Origin: a virus
Lineage: Duplodnaviria > Caudoviricetes
DNA length: 40,568 nt
Direction: 5' to 3' (one strand)
Virus record (IMG/VR): IMGVR_UViG_3300030104_003667
Location: 1-40,568 of that record
Below, piece after piece: positions 18,167-26,080 of the stretch (position 1 is the stretch's first letter; each line of letters begins with the position of its first letter). The notes beneath the pieces were generated by a model, which ran no database searches, had not been told where the DNA came from, and was given only the letters and a program-made list of their open reading frames with translations. A program made the translations under genes and the position numbers.

Positions 18167-19951
18167 TCACTTTATTTCTCCCCAGTTAGGTCCTATCTCA
18201 ACGTCGACCTTGAGTGGGAGAACAAGTGGTACACAAGATTCCATGACTTCCTTGTAGACCGCAGCTTCTTTCTCAGTGTGCACCGAAAAGTCTAGCTCGT
18301 CATGCACGGTCACATGTGGCACGACTCCAATGTCATGCAGATCGATCATTGCCTTCTTGATCATGTCAGCAGATGATCCTTGAATCAAGGCGTTAAGTGC
18401 CTTGTAGTTAAAATCGCGAGGCAGGTGTCGGTGTCTGCCCAGTAGTGTTCTGATGTGGCCCTTGTGATTGATGGCCATCGTGCACTCGTGCGCGAGCTGA
18501 CGAACGAAAGGCACTCGCTGATGATATTGCTCAAACAGTGGTTTTGCATCATCTAAGGACATGTCTAAGGTCTGTGAGAGCTTATGTAGACCCATGCCAT
18601 AGAACATACCTAAGTTGATTGTCTTTGCCTGCTTCCGTTTGATCTTGGCCATGTCAGCAACCATCTGATGGAAGTCAGTGTCTGGGTCGTCAAGGTACAT
18701 CTGCACGGCGTCTTGTGATCCCTTGAGCTTTCTCAAATAAGCATAGTGCATCAACACCTTTGGTTCCTGTTGGCTGTAGTCGAGACAAGCCCACTTCATG
18801 CCCTCTTCTGGTAAAAACAAGGACCTGATCATCGGACCCCAGTACTCGTCACGTGCAGGTATCTGCTGCAGGTTAGGTGTAGAGCTGCTGAACCTGCCTG
18901 ACCTGGTACCGTCAGAGTCTTTACGCAGCGAGTGAAACTGAGCATAGATACGACCCTTGTGTGACATCTTGAGGCACAGACCCTCGATAAAGTCACGTCG
19001 CATCTTGTTGATCTTGCGATAGTGTGCAATTTTCTTAGCAAACGGGTGCGTGTGATTGTTTAACCAGTATGAAGTAAAAGACGGATTGCCTTTTTCAGTC
19101 TTTGGATACCAGATCTTGAGTCGATTAAACGCTTCTGCTAGTTCCAGGGCTGACCATGGCGACACCTTGAACTCTGCCTCCTGATAGATGGCAGACAGAG
19201 TCTGATCCTCTTCCTTTGACGTCTCGATTGCTAGCCTCTGCGCCTTGTCAAGGTCAATTGGCACACCCTTGAACCTCATGTCTAATATTACCCGCAAAAG
19301 TTTAGACTCAAGCTCAAAAATCTTCCACAGACCCTTGTCAGAGATAATTTTTTCTTGCTTTTGCCAGATCTCCAGTGGCAGTTGTGCGTCTGCCTCGGCG
19401 TAGGGTCCCACAAACCTGGCAGGCATCTTCCACAGACCTGACTTAGGATCTACACCATGTGCCTGGGCTGCCTCGTTCAACAGAGTCTCATCTTTTTGCT
19501 TGCCTAGATAGTAACCAGCCAAAGCACCAAGACTGAAGCTGCCTTGCCTCTCTTCATTTATCAGGGGTTCGGCAACTTGGATGTCGATGAGACTTCCACC
19601 AACCTCGATGCCAGTGGCCCTGAGCCATTCAAGATCGTAGAGCAAATTTGCTCCAACCTTTGTTTGTGTTCCTCCAAGTAGAGCTCTGGCCCATGCGAGG
19701 ACAGCGTCACGGTCAAGGTTATCTCCTCCTTCGTGCCCGATGGGGAAATAGCCTTTAAAACCAGTGTCCGTTGCCACTGAGATTCCAACGAGTCTTCCGT
19801 CATTTCGTACACCTCCTGGTCCTTGTTGTAATAAGTTTGGGTCGCATGTCTCGACGTCTAATCCAATCAGCTCTGCACTACTGAGATCAGGAAGTTCTCT
19901 GGGCGGCAGCCACTTACTTCTTGGCTGGAACAAACTGAATTGTTGTGTCAT
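18167..19951 (-). CDS. polA: Family A DNA polymerase with 3'-5' exonuclease (594 aa, Leu762 type)
   Basis: DVET exo motif; SGRFSSSTPNLQQIP; DYSQQE; KTINLGMFYG; VHDE; start reassigned to ATG 19951. Confidence 0.95.
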   Translation of the reverse strand: MTQQFSLFQPRSKWLPPRELPDLSSAELIGLDVETCDPNLLQQGPGGVRNDGRLVGISVATDTGFKGYFPIGHEGGDNLDRDAVLAWARALLGGTQTKVGANLLYDLEWLRATGIEVGGSLIDIQVAEPLINEERQGSFSLGALAGYYLGKQKDETLLNEAAQAHGVDPKSGLWKMPARFVGPYAEADAQLPLEIWQKQEKIISDKGLWKIFELESKLLRVILDMRFKGVPIDLDKAQRLAIETSKEEDQTLSAIYQEAEFKVSPWSALELAEAFNRLKIWYPKTEKGNPSFTSYWLNNHTHPFAKKIAHYRKINKMRRDFIEGLCLKMSHKGRIYAQFHSLRKDSDGTRSGRFSSSTPNLQQIPARDEYWGPMIRSLFLPEEGMKWACLDYSQQEPKVLMHYAYLRKLKGSQDAVQMYLDDPDTDFHQMVADMAKIKRKQAKTINLGMFYGMGLHKLSQTLDMSLDDAKPLFEQYHQRVPFVRQLAHECTMAINHKGHIRTLLGRHRHLPRDFNYKALNALIQGSSADMIKKAMIDLHDIGVVPHVTVHDELDFSVHTEKEAAVYKEVMESCVPLVLPLKVDVEIGPNWGEIK

Positions 19952-20402
19952 ATTGTATTGCTGTGTTGTGAAGTTGCCATCTTCGGTTTCCTGCTTTGTT
20001 TCCTGTCCACAGATTGTATGGTCTGAGCCAATCAGAATATTCCTCTGCAAACACGATGCCCTTACAGCCAGTGTTGAGCAGCAGCTTGACGCAGGTCCAG
20101 CAGGGACTGGTCGTAATGTACGCAGTCTCGATTGCCTGCGTGTCCTTGCACTGCAGCAAGGCGTTCTGTTCTGCATGAATTGCTTGACAGTGCTCGAGGC
20201 CCTCGCCTGACTTATACTTGGCACCAGGACAGGGGTTGTCGATACAGTGTTCAAGGCCAGAGGCCACACCGTTGTAGCCTGTTGCTAGCACGTGCCTGAA
20301 CTTGTCAACCAAGATACAACCTACCCGGCGTCTGGCACAGGTAGACCTGAGACTGACAAGCTTAGCCATGCTGATAAAGTAAGTATCTAGGTCAGGTCGC
20401 AT
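19914..20402 (-). CDS. dCMP deaminase
   Basis: RSTC.RR.VG, TGYNG, HAEQNA, SPCWTC Zn motifs. Confidence 0.93.
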   Translation of the reverse strand: MRPDLDTYFISMAKLVSLRSTCARRRVGCILVDKFRHVLATGYNGVASGLEHCIDNPCPGAKYKSGEGLEHCQAIHAEQNALLQCKDTQAIETAYITTSPCWTCVKLLLNTGCKGIVFAEEYSDWLRPYNLWTGNKAGNRRWQLHNTAIQYDTTIQFVPAKK

Positions 20403-21162
20403 AGCTCCATAATGTGTCTACAAATTGATCAGGATCTGTGACCTCAGCACTAGGAAGAATCCACGAGTCTGCGTGCTTGTTCTGAAGTGCAGGTTCGGTG
20501 ATGATTTGAAATGACTTTTTGACATTTTCCTCGTACAAGTGCAAGCTGCCAGCAGTCAAGTACAGATTACCAAGTTCAATGTCGTGATCGATGGCAACCT
20601 CGTCGATGCTCTTGAGATACAGCAGTATGTAGCGACTGATCATGCTCATGTTGAACACGTCATACGGCCAGCCAAGCCAGATGTCTGAGGATCGCATGGT
20701 GTCGAAGCAGTGTAGCCGGTTGTTTCTGATCATAAACTGCAAGGACACGGTACATGGTACATCTTTTGTGTCCTCAGGGCGCTCACGCCAGATGTTGATC
20801 ACAGCCTGTCTTGTCTCGTAGTCTTTTGCCAAGGTCTTTGCTATGTAGGGGATCTGATCTATGACCTTAGGACCATACGCACCATGAAAGGTAATCCCGT
20901 CATCTGAGTAGTCTACAATCTTAGGTGCATTCTTTCTGATGGTACTGACCCGGTTGTCTCCTGACAGGATCCACGCAGCCTCTGCAGCCATAAACTTGTA
21001 GCTTAGTTTTCTTGCAGCAATCGACATGACTGGCATGTTCATGTCTACGATGGTCTGAAAACCTAACAGTTCCCGACACTTCATGAACCTAGGTGCAGTC
21101 TGCTGGCCATCCTTGATCAGATGGCGAAGCGTGTTGACCCAGGTGTTATTTACTAAATGCAT
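20392..21162 (-). CDS. Thymidylate synthase superfamily protein, probable dCMP (hydroxy)methylase type
   Basis: TRQAV, DVPCT catalytic Cys, MRSSDIWLGWPYD (Asp where TS has PFN Asn), GSLHLYE; start reassigned to ATG 21162. Confidence 0.85.
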   Translation of the reverse strand: MHLVNNTWVNTLRHLIKDGQQTAPRFMKCRELLGFQTIVDMNMPVMSIAARKLSYKFMAAEAAWILSGDNRVSTIRKNAPKIVDYSDDGITFHGAYGPKVIDQIPYIAKTLAKDYETRQAVINIWRERPEDTKDVPCTVSLQFMIRNNRLHCFDTMRSSDIWLGWPYDVFNMSMISRYILLYLKSIDEVAIDHDIELGNLYLTAGSLHLYEENVKKSFQIITEPALQNKHADSWILPSAEVTDPDQFVDTLWSYAT

Positions 21163-22156
21163 TTTTGATAAGCTCCTTGTAGACGATAGTGTGACCGAAC
21201 CGCTTAGCCCACGAGGGATGTGGCAGCTCGTAGTGGATAGGGACATCGTGCCGCTTGAGAATCGAAGCAGCCTTCTTGCCCATGGGAACAACCTTCAAGG
21301 TTGGTTTGATCTCTAGCAGCTCTACCAGAGAGGGATCGACATTGCCATGGTGGTCTTGGATGTTGGTCCACATGAAGTCACACTCCTCAAAGTTGTGCTC
21401 ATGCATGATCTGTGTCAGGTACAGACTAGAGTTGCGGTACTCGTAGAACGGCCAGAATAACTCACGATGCTTGGGATTGACCTGCTCTCCCACGACCAGA
21501 TATTCTGCAGTCTTGATGTGACCAGCAATGTTCCAGTAGTGATAGTTGAGAGCCTTGTCCCACTGATGTCTCTGCCAGTCTGCCGCTGTGTCTGCCAGCT
21601 GGGTGACAAAGTGCTTGAGATTAGCCCAGTCGTTAGTGCCATATCTGACTGTGTCAGGACGCCACCTGATGCCTCCGTTGGCAATCAACTGATCGATGTA
21701 CTGGCCTGAACCTTGCCACGACGTGCCACCCCACCAGAGGTCGACATAAAGCTGGGCAACCTTGCTGATGTCATCGTACATCTCTTCTCTGACACCTTTC
21801 AGCTTCTCATGTCTGGCAACGACCTCCTCAGCATTGTCAGGTGTACAGTAGACATAGATTGCACCAAACTTACGAGCAATCCTGTCTGCCATCCTGCCTT
21901 GCAGAGGCCACGAGGAACCACCACGGTAAGCATGGGCGTACACAGCCTCTGTCGGCCACCAGCGATCAATGACAAATGGTTTACCTGTCAGCCACACTTG
22001 CCTGGCAGCATGTCTGATGGCTGCCGTGTGATAGTCAAAGATACGAGGTTTCCAGCGATACGTCAGGTGAGTGTAGCCAGCGTCTAACTGACTGCAGATC
22101 TCACGTGCAAGAGTAGTCTTGCCAGTGCCGTCTGGACCTTCTAAAATATAGATCAT
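21146..22156 (-). CDS. dNMP (thymidylate-like) kinase fused to a uracil-DNA-glycosylase-fold domain
   Basis: ILEGPDGTGKTTLA and IDRWW (kinase); LVVGEQ..WPF..WTNI..VVPMGKKA..LPHPSW (UDG superfamily). Confidence 0.8.
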   Translation of the reverse strand: MIYILEGPDGTGKTTLAREICSQLDAGYTHLTYRWKPRIFDYHTAAIRHAARQVWLTGKPFVIDRWWPTEAVYAHAYRGGSSWPLQGRMADRIARKFGAIYVYCTPDNAEEVVARHEKLKGVREEMYDDISKVAQLYVDLWWGGTSWQGSGQYIDQLIANGGIRWRPDTVRYGTNDWANLKHFVTQLADTAADWQRHQWDKALNYHYWNIAGHIKTAEYLVVGEQVNPKHRELFWPFYEYRNSSLYLTQIMHEHNFEECDFMWTNIQDHHGNVDPSLVELLEIKPTLKVVPMGKKAASILKRHDVPIHYELPHPSWAKRFGHTIVYKELIKNAFSK

Positions 22157-22173
22157 AGTCTTCTTTCTTTGAA

Positions 22174-22414
22174 GCCGCGGCACGACTGCACCCCCATAGA
22201 CTAGAAACCGTAATTGGTTAACTATTCCGTCCAGTGACCAGCCTTAATCTGACCGCGGCAAATGTTAGCACTGCTGCCACCTCGTCTTAGCCTATGAGAG
22301 GAGCTCGGAGGTTAAACACCTGGTCTTGCCACCTGCCTAAGGAACACAGGTGTAGGTAGAGCCACATCGGTGTTTGTGAGTGCCGACGTGCCAGGCGAAT
22401 CTGGACAGCAGTGC
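22174..22414 (-). ncRNA. Candidate two-domain structured RNA in the intergenic gap
   Basis: 9-bp stem GCACTGCTG/CAGCAGTGC and 7-bp stem GCCGCGG/CCGCGGC, each closing multiple hairpins; G-U pairs favour the minus strand. Confidence 0.55.
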
Positions 22415-22419
22415 AGATA

Positions 22420-22773
22420 TTAAGTGAATGGTGCCAAGTCAGGCGGCTTCCAGCCATCTGGCTTGACAATCCCCAGCTTGCGCTGGTCTGGATTGTACCC
22501 GCGAACTTTCTCCATGTTTGCTTTGTGGACCTCTTTCCATGCGCCGTCAAAGTCAAACCCATGAAGGAGAGCAGTGCCGACCGCGAGGTACACCAGATCG
22601 ATCAAGGCGTCAAGCTTTTCCTCTCTGCTAGAGGCAGTGATATACTCCTCTAGTTCCTCAGTCATGTGAGCAATCCGATGAGTGCTCAATGATGGAGGCA
22701 GCATGCGCCTTGGGCCCTTGTAATTCAGGCCAAATTTATGCAAAAACTCGTCTACGTCTTTAGATGCTGTCAT
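22420..22773 (-). CDS. MazG-like/PRA-PH all-alpha NTP pyrophosphohydrolase
   Basis: EELEEY, DALIDLVYLAVG, EVHKANM.K, IVKPDGWKPPDL. Confidence 0.88.
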   Translation of the reverse strand: MTASKDVDEFLHKFGLNYKGPRRMLPPSLSTHRIAHMTEELEEYITASSREEKLDALIDLVYLAVGTALLHGFDFDGAWKEVHKANMEKVRGYNPDQRKLGIVKPDGWKPPDLAPFT

Positions 22774-23617
22774 AGCTTGGATCCAATCTCTGCCAGTGTT
22801 CACTGCTGCCCCAGGGTTGTTCTTGATCTCTCAACGGATCAAACTTTCTGACATTGTTTCTTCCTTGAAACGTGCAGCGCCACAGACAGTTGCGACTGTG
22901 CTGCGGATACAGTGGTGCAAAGATCGTGGACAGATAGTTCGTATCATAATATGCTCGCAGCTCATCGAACACTGTTCTCTGCTCGTGTGTCAGAGCGTCA
23001 CGATAGTCCTTGATACTGGCAAATGTGCCATGCTGAGATTCGATCGTGTAGCCAATGTCCTCTAACGTAGCACCAAAGGCCTCATACTTCATCTCGTTGA
23101 CGTGGTTGCCAGCAGCTCCAACCGCAGGATCCCAGCAAGGTGTACTGACAAACAAGACACCTTCGTCGTCTAGCAGCTCACTGAACTTGGTCAGCATGCG
23201 ACGGCAGTGGTCTGCCTCGACATGTTCGACAACCTCAAAGCAGACAATCACATCTAGCTTTGATGGCAAGTCTTTCAAGGACAGGTCACAGACGTCTGTC
23301 TTGCTGTACAGCTCGTCTGGCTTCCAGCTTGCATTGGCAAACTGAGCTGGTGTCGTGAGTGGTGTGACGTCTACAGCACCATACCACGCAGGAGCCATGC
23401 GGCTCGAGTGCAGCAGCTTTGCCAGTGGCATCTCTTTGCCACAACCGACGTCTAGGATCCTAGATTCTTTGTAACGCATTGACGTGCCCAGGAACTTGAC
23501 CACGTGGGTCCACCTGAGACAATGTGCAATGTAGTCTCGATGCAGAAAACCTCTGTCCTCTGCGTTGTCGACTGACAGAAAAGTCTTGTCGACTGCCTTA
23601 CCTGAACGATTAGCCAT
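22760..23617 (-). CDS. Class I SAM-dependent methyltransferase (UbiG/small-molecule type)
   Basis: ILDVGCG, CFEVVEHV, LFVSTP; no DPPY/NPPY or PC motif of DNA MTases. Confidence 0.88.
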   Translation of the reverse strand: MANRSGKAVDKTFLSVDNAEDRGFLHRDYIAHCLRWTHVVKFLGTSMRYKESRILDVGCGKEMPLAKLLHSSRMAPAWYGAVDVTPLTTPAQFANASWKPDELYSKTDVCDLSLKDLPSKLDVIVCFEVVEHVEADHCRRMLTKFSELLDDEGVLFVSTPCWDPAVGAAGNHVNEMKYEAFGATLEDIGYTIESQHGTFASIKDYRDALTHEQRTVFDELRAYYDTNYLSTIFAPLYPQHSRNCLWRCTFQGRNNVRKFDPLRDQEQPWGSSEHWQRLDPSYDSI

Positions 23618-23837
23618 GTCTGGTCTCTTCGATTAAGCCCTTGTTGATCAAGGGACCTTTATAGTAAGTCAGGAGACGCTTGGCCTCCTGTTTGGATTTG
23701 ACATCTAACTGGATCTGCTGAATAAGTTCAGTCTCAGTGATGGGTGACTTTGCCTCTACAATATTGAGGATAGTCCTCGCCTGCTTGGGAAGACTATCCT
23801 CTGAGGCTTTCACAAAAGTGAAAGTCCGGTTCATCAT
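23610..23837 (-). CDS. Small putative winged-helix protein
   Basis: LPKQARTIL..KQ..RLLTYY..LI.KGLI; paralogous to the C-terminus of 24934-25509. Confidence 0.65.
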   Translation of the reverse strand: MMNRTFTFVKASEDSLPKQARTILNIVEAKSPITETELIQQIQLDVKSKQEAKRLLTYYKGPLINKGLIEETRHG

Positions 23838-24820
23838 GCAGCGTACTCCATGGCGAGTTGAAGAGCAGCACGCTTGGTCACAGCACGTCCGCCAAACCAG
23901 GCAGCCTGCAAGGAACTGTCACGATCTCTGCCAGCTTTATGGTCGACATAGTATGTCACTGCGTTGAGTGCAGACCACCAGGTGCCCTCTGACAACTCAG
24001 CACCTGGCTGAGTACGAATGCACGTAAACACGTTGTCCATCGTACGATTGAACTGTGTCCGGTCGAACTCCCACTCAGAGGGATTGTCCTTGGTCTTGTT
24101 GGCATCTTTGATGGCCACCGGATTAAAGATTCGAGCAAGATAAGCATTGAGCTGCTTCTCTGTATACTCATTTTGTGTGAGGATCTCTGCTTGCTGACGA
24201 AAATCATCCAGCTGATTTGATGCCAGACCCAAAGCCTGTTCAGCCGCTTCCATAACGTCACCGTCCCATGCCTTGACATGAGGAAATCTGAATCGGTCTC
24301 CAGCACCACCGAGAGCAGCAACCAGAGTGTTGTTGCAGACCACCCGGATGGGTGTGAACATGATCGTCATGGCCTTCCCCCAAATGTGAGGATGGGCAAT
24401 CAGCAGATGTCCTTGGACCTCATCGCCGCCTGGCAAGGTGAATCCCTTACGTATGTTGGCTAGACCCCAGACCTGCCTTCCACCATTCAAGGATCCGGCC
24501 GTCTCTAGTGTCATGTCGCCTGCTTTGACGAACTTATCGAAGAACTCGAACACCTCAGCATTCTGTACTGGCACGTATGACTTGCCAGCAGGACCAAGCA
24601 CCTGGTCGTCTGAGTCTCTGACCAACATGAAATAATCGTCAGTCGTCAGCATGTCTGTCGAGTTGGCAGACTGCACGTGTACACGTCTCTTAGAGACAGT
24701 CCAATCTAACTGAGCTGCCATGAGCATCTCAGCAGGGGTCAGATTATCATCGACCTTCTGACCGAGGCCGTGCCATGGGGTCTGTCCCGCATAGGCCATT
24801 GTTTCTACTGCATCAGGCAT
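23834..24820 (-). CDS. DUF932/DUF945 phage-plasmid protein
   Basis: VETMAY..PWHGLG; Y.PVQN..F.FF; ETAGSL..GR.VW; TPIRVVCNNTL; W.ALNAVT.Y.DH. Confidence 0.9.
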   Translation of the reverse strand: MPDAVETMAYAGQTPWHGLGQKVDDNLTPAEMLMAAQLDWTVSKRRVHVQSANSTDMLTTDDYFMLVRDSDDQVLGPAGKSYVPVQNAEVFEFFDKFVKAGDMTLETAGSLNGGRQVWGLANIRKGFTLPGGDEVQGHLLIAHPHIWGKAMTIMFTPIRVVCNNTLVAALGGAGDRFRFPHVKAWDGDVMEAAEQALGLASNQLDDFRQQAEILTQNEYTEKQLNAYLARIFNPVAIKDANKTKDNPSEWEFDRTQFNRTMDNVFTCIRTQPGAELSEGTWWSALNAVTYYVDHKAGRDRDSSLQAAWFGGRAVTKRAALQLAMEYAA

Positions 24821-24852
24821 GGATTCTCCTTTCTGATGGGTTAAAAAATTAC

Positions 24853-24881
24853 ATCCTAAACAGATATTGTCCGGATGTACA
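24853..24881 (-). promoter_or_regulatory. Sigma70-like promoter TGTACA-17-TAGGAT overlapped by inverted repeat TACATCC/GGATGTA
   Basis: Spacing and position upstream of the AAAGGAG RBS of DUF932. Confidence 0.5.
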
Positions 24882-24894
24882 CAAAAAAATCACA

Positions 24895-24930
24895 CATTCA
24901 GAGCCCCTGCGAAGGGGCCCCTGATGAATG
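24895..24930 (-). terminator. Probable intrinsic terminator
   Basis: GCCCCT/AGGGGC stem extended by CATTCA/TGAATG, followed by a T-run on the minus strand. Confidence 0.65.
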
Positions 24931-24933
24931 ATC

Positions 24934-25509
24934 TCAGCTAACTGACAGGAAACCGAGCTTGATCATGCGTGGCCGATAGTACTGGAATATCCGCCAAGCT
25001 GGTTGCTTAGTGATCAGGATTCCATCCGCAGCAATTTTTAGAATAACTGCTTGCAGAGCAACTTCAGAATAGTCATCAGTGTCATCCATGAACTCACCAA
25101 GGATAACCATCATCTGACCTGGGATCTTGGCGTCGTTAAGACTGCCGCCTGACACATTGAACGTGTACGTGCGATCCTTAGCCTTAAGCTTGACAGGAGG
25201 AGGATCAGGAAGAGAATCGTCGGTGCAGGGCGGTGGCACGTCAGCCATGTCGTCACCGTCATTGAACAGGACCTTGCCGGTTGGCTGCTCTGGGATCTCT
25301 GCCACATGTGTCACGACAGGCTCAGGAGCAGGATGCTTGGGCGCCTTGGCGTACTCCTTAAAGATACGCTTGGCAGCAGCTAGCTTGTCTGAGAATGAAG
25401 GGACTTTTTCAAGACCTGTGATCTCAGTGAACAAGGACTTGAGTTCTGCCATGCTATTGGTCTTGGCCAAATTAGCTGGCGCTTGATGTACTGCGATTAC
25501 GTCAATCAT
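24934..25509 (-). CDS. Early protein, two domains with Pro-rich linker and C-terminal putative winged helix
   Basis: Own promoter and terminator; TKQPAWRIFQYYRPRMIKLGFL. Confidence 0.75.
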   Translation of the reverse strand: MIDVIAVHQAPANLAKTNSMAELKSLFTEITGLEKVPSFSDKLAAAKRIFKEYAKAPKHPAPEPVVTHVAEIPEQPTGKVLFNDGDDMADVPPPCTDDSLPDPPPVKLKAKDRTYTFNVSGGSLNDAKIPGQMMVILGEFMDDTDDYSEVALQAVILKIAADGILITKQPAWRIFQYYRPRMIKLGFLSVS

Positions 25510-25584
25510 TTTATTCTTCTTTCTTGCTGCTATTTAGAATCGATCAGGACCGCAGCAGCGAATCAGTCATGATCATTTGAATAT

Positions 25585-25613
25585 ACTTTAGCAAATAAAA
25601 TCCGCAATGTAAA
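25585..25613 (-). promoter_or_regulatory. Sigma70-like promoter TTTACA-17-TAAAGT
   Basis: Shares TTTACATTG with the promoter at 18166; T-tract upstream. Confidence 0.6.
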
Positions 25614-25663
25614 CAGAAAAATTAAAAAACTGCATAAACAACTGATTTTATTGACAAAAATAA

Positions 25664-25912
25664 TTAATTTAACCAGTCAGAGAACTCTGTCAGACTGATC
25701 TTGTGACCAAGGATTTTCTCTGCCACTCGCTTCAGATTCCACTCATCTCTGCTGTAAAACTCGATCACCGGATGACCGCCTCCTGGACCGGATTTATCGA
25801 TTAATTTAAATTTGATTGGATGATCATCGATCGACTGTTCGCATTCATCGAGGATGTCGATCAGATCGTCGATTGTCGTGGTGGCAATGATGTCTAGCTG
25901 GATCCTGTACAT
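25664..25912 (-). CDS. Small acidic early protein (82 aa)
   Basis: AAAGGAG RBS before ATG 25912; GPGGGHPVIEF motif. Confidence 0.7.
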   Translation of the reverse strand: MYRIQLDIIATTTIDDLIDILDECEQSIDDHPIKFKLIDKSGPGGGHPVIEFYSRDEWNLKRVAEKILGHKISLTEFSDWLN

Positions 25913-26080
25913 GGGATCTCCTTTATAATAAGAATTTATTCTTCTTTCTATCACGTCAGATGGATTTCTGTGTGACTGAAGTACAGTTGCATAATCTCTG
26001 TCAAAAGTAAACAAAAATATATTGGATATAGAATCTGCACACTGAAATTGATCAGCAAGAATGTGTCAACCTCAATCGAT

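Noticed and set aside
19952-20269. N-terminal extension of PolA in the ORF track
   Set aside because: Out-of-frame overlap with dCMP deaminase; ATG 19951 is the plausible start. The same applies to track extensions of primase, TS, scaffold and endolysin
22174-22259. tRNA gene (7-bp closing stem, 86 nt)
   Set aside because: No TTC T-loop, canonical D-loop or CCA; kept only as an unclassified structured RNA
22287-22562. 91-aa minus-strand ORF covering part of the gap
   Set aside because: Overlaps MazG out of frame, no RBS, no protein-like motifs
25634-25650. IHF-like site (AATCAGTTGTTTA on minus)
   Set aside because: Single imperfect match in AT-rich DNA; not distinguishable from chance
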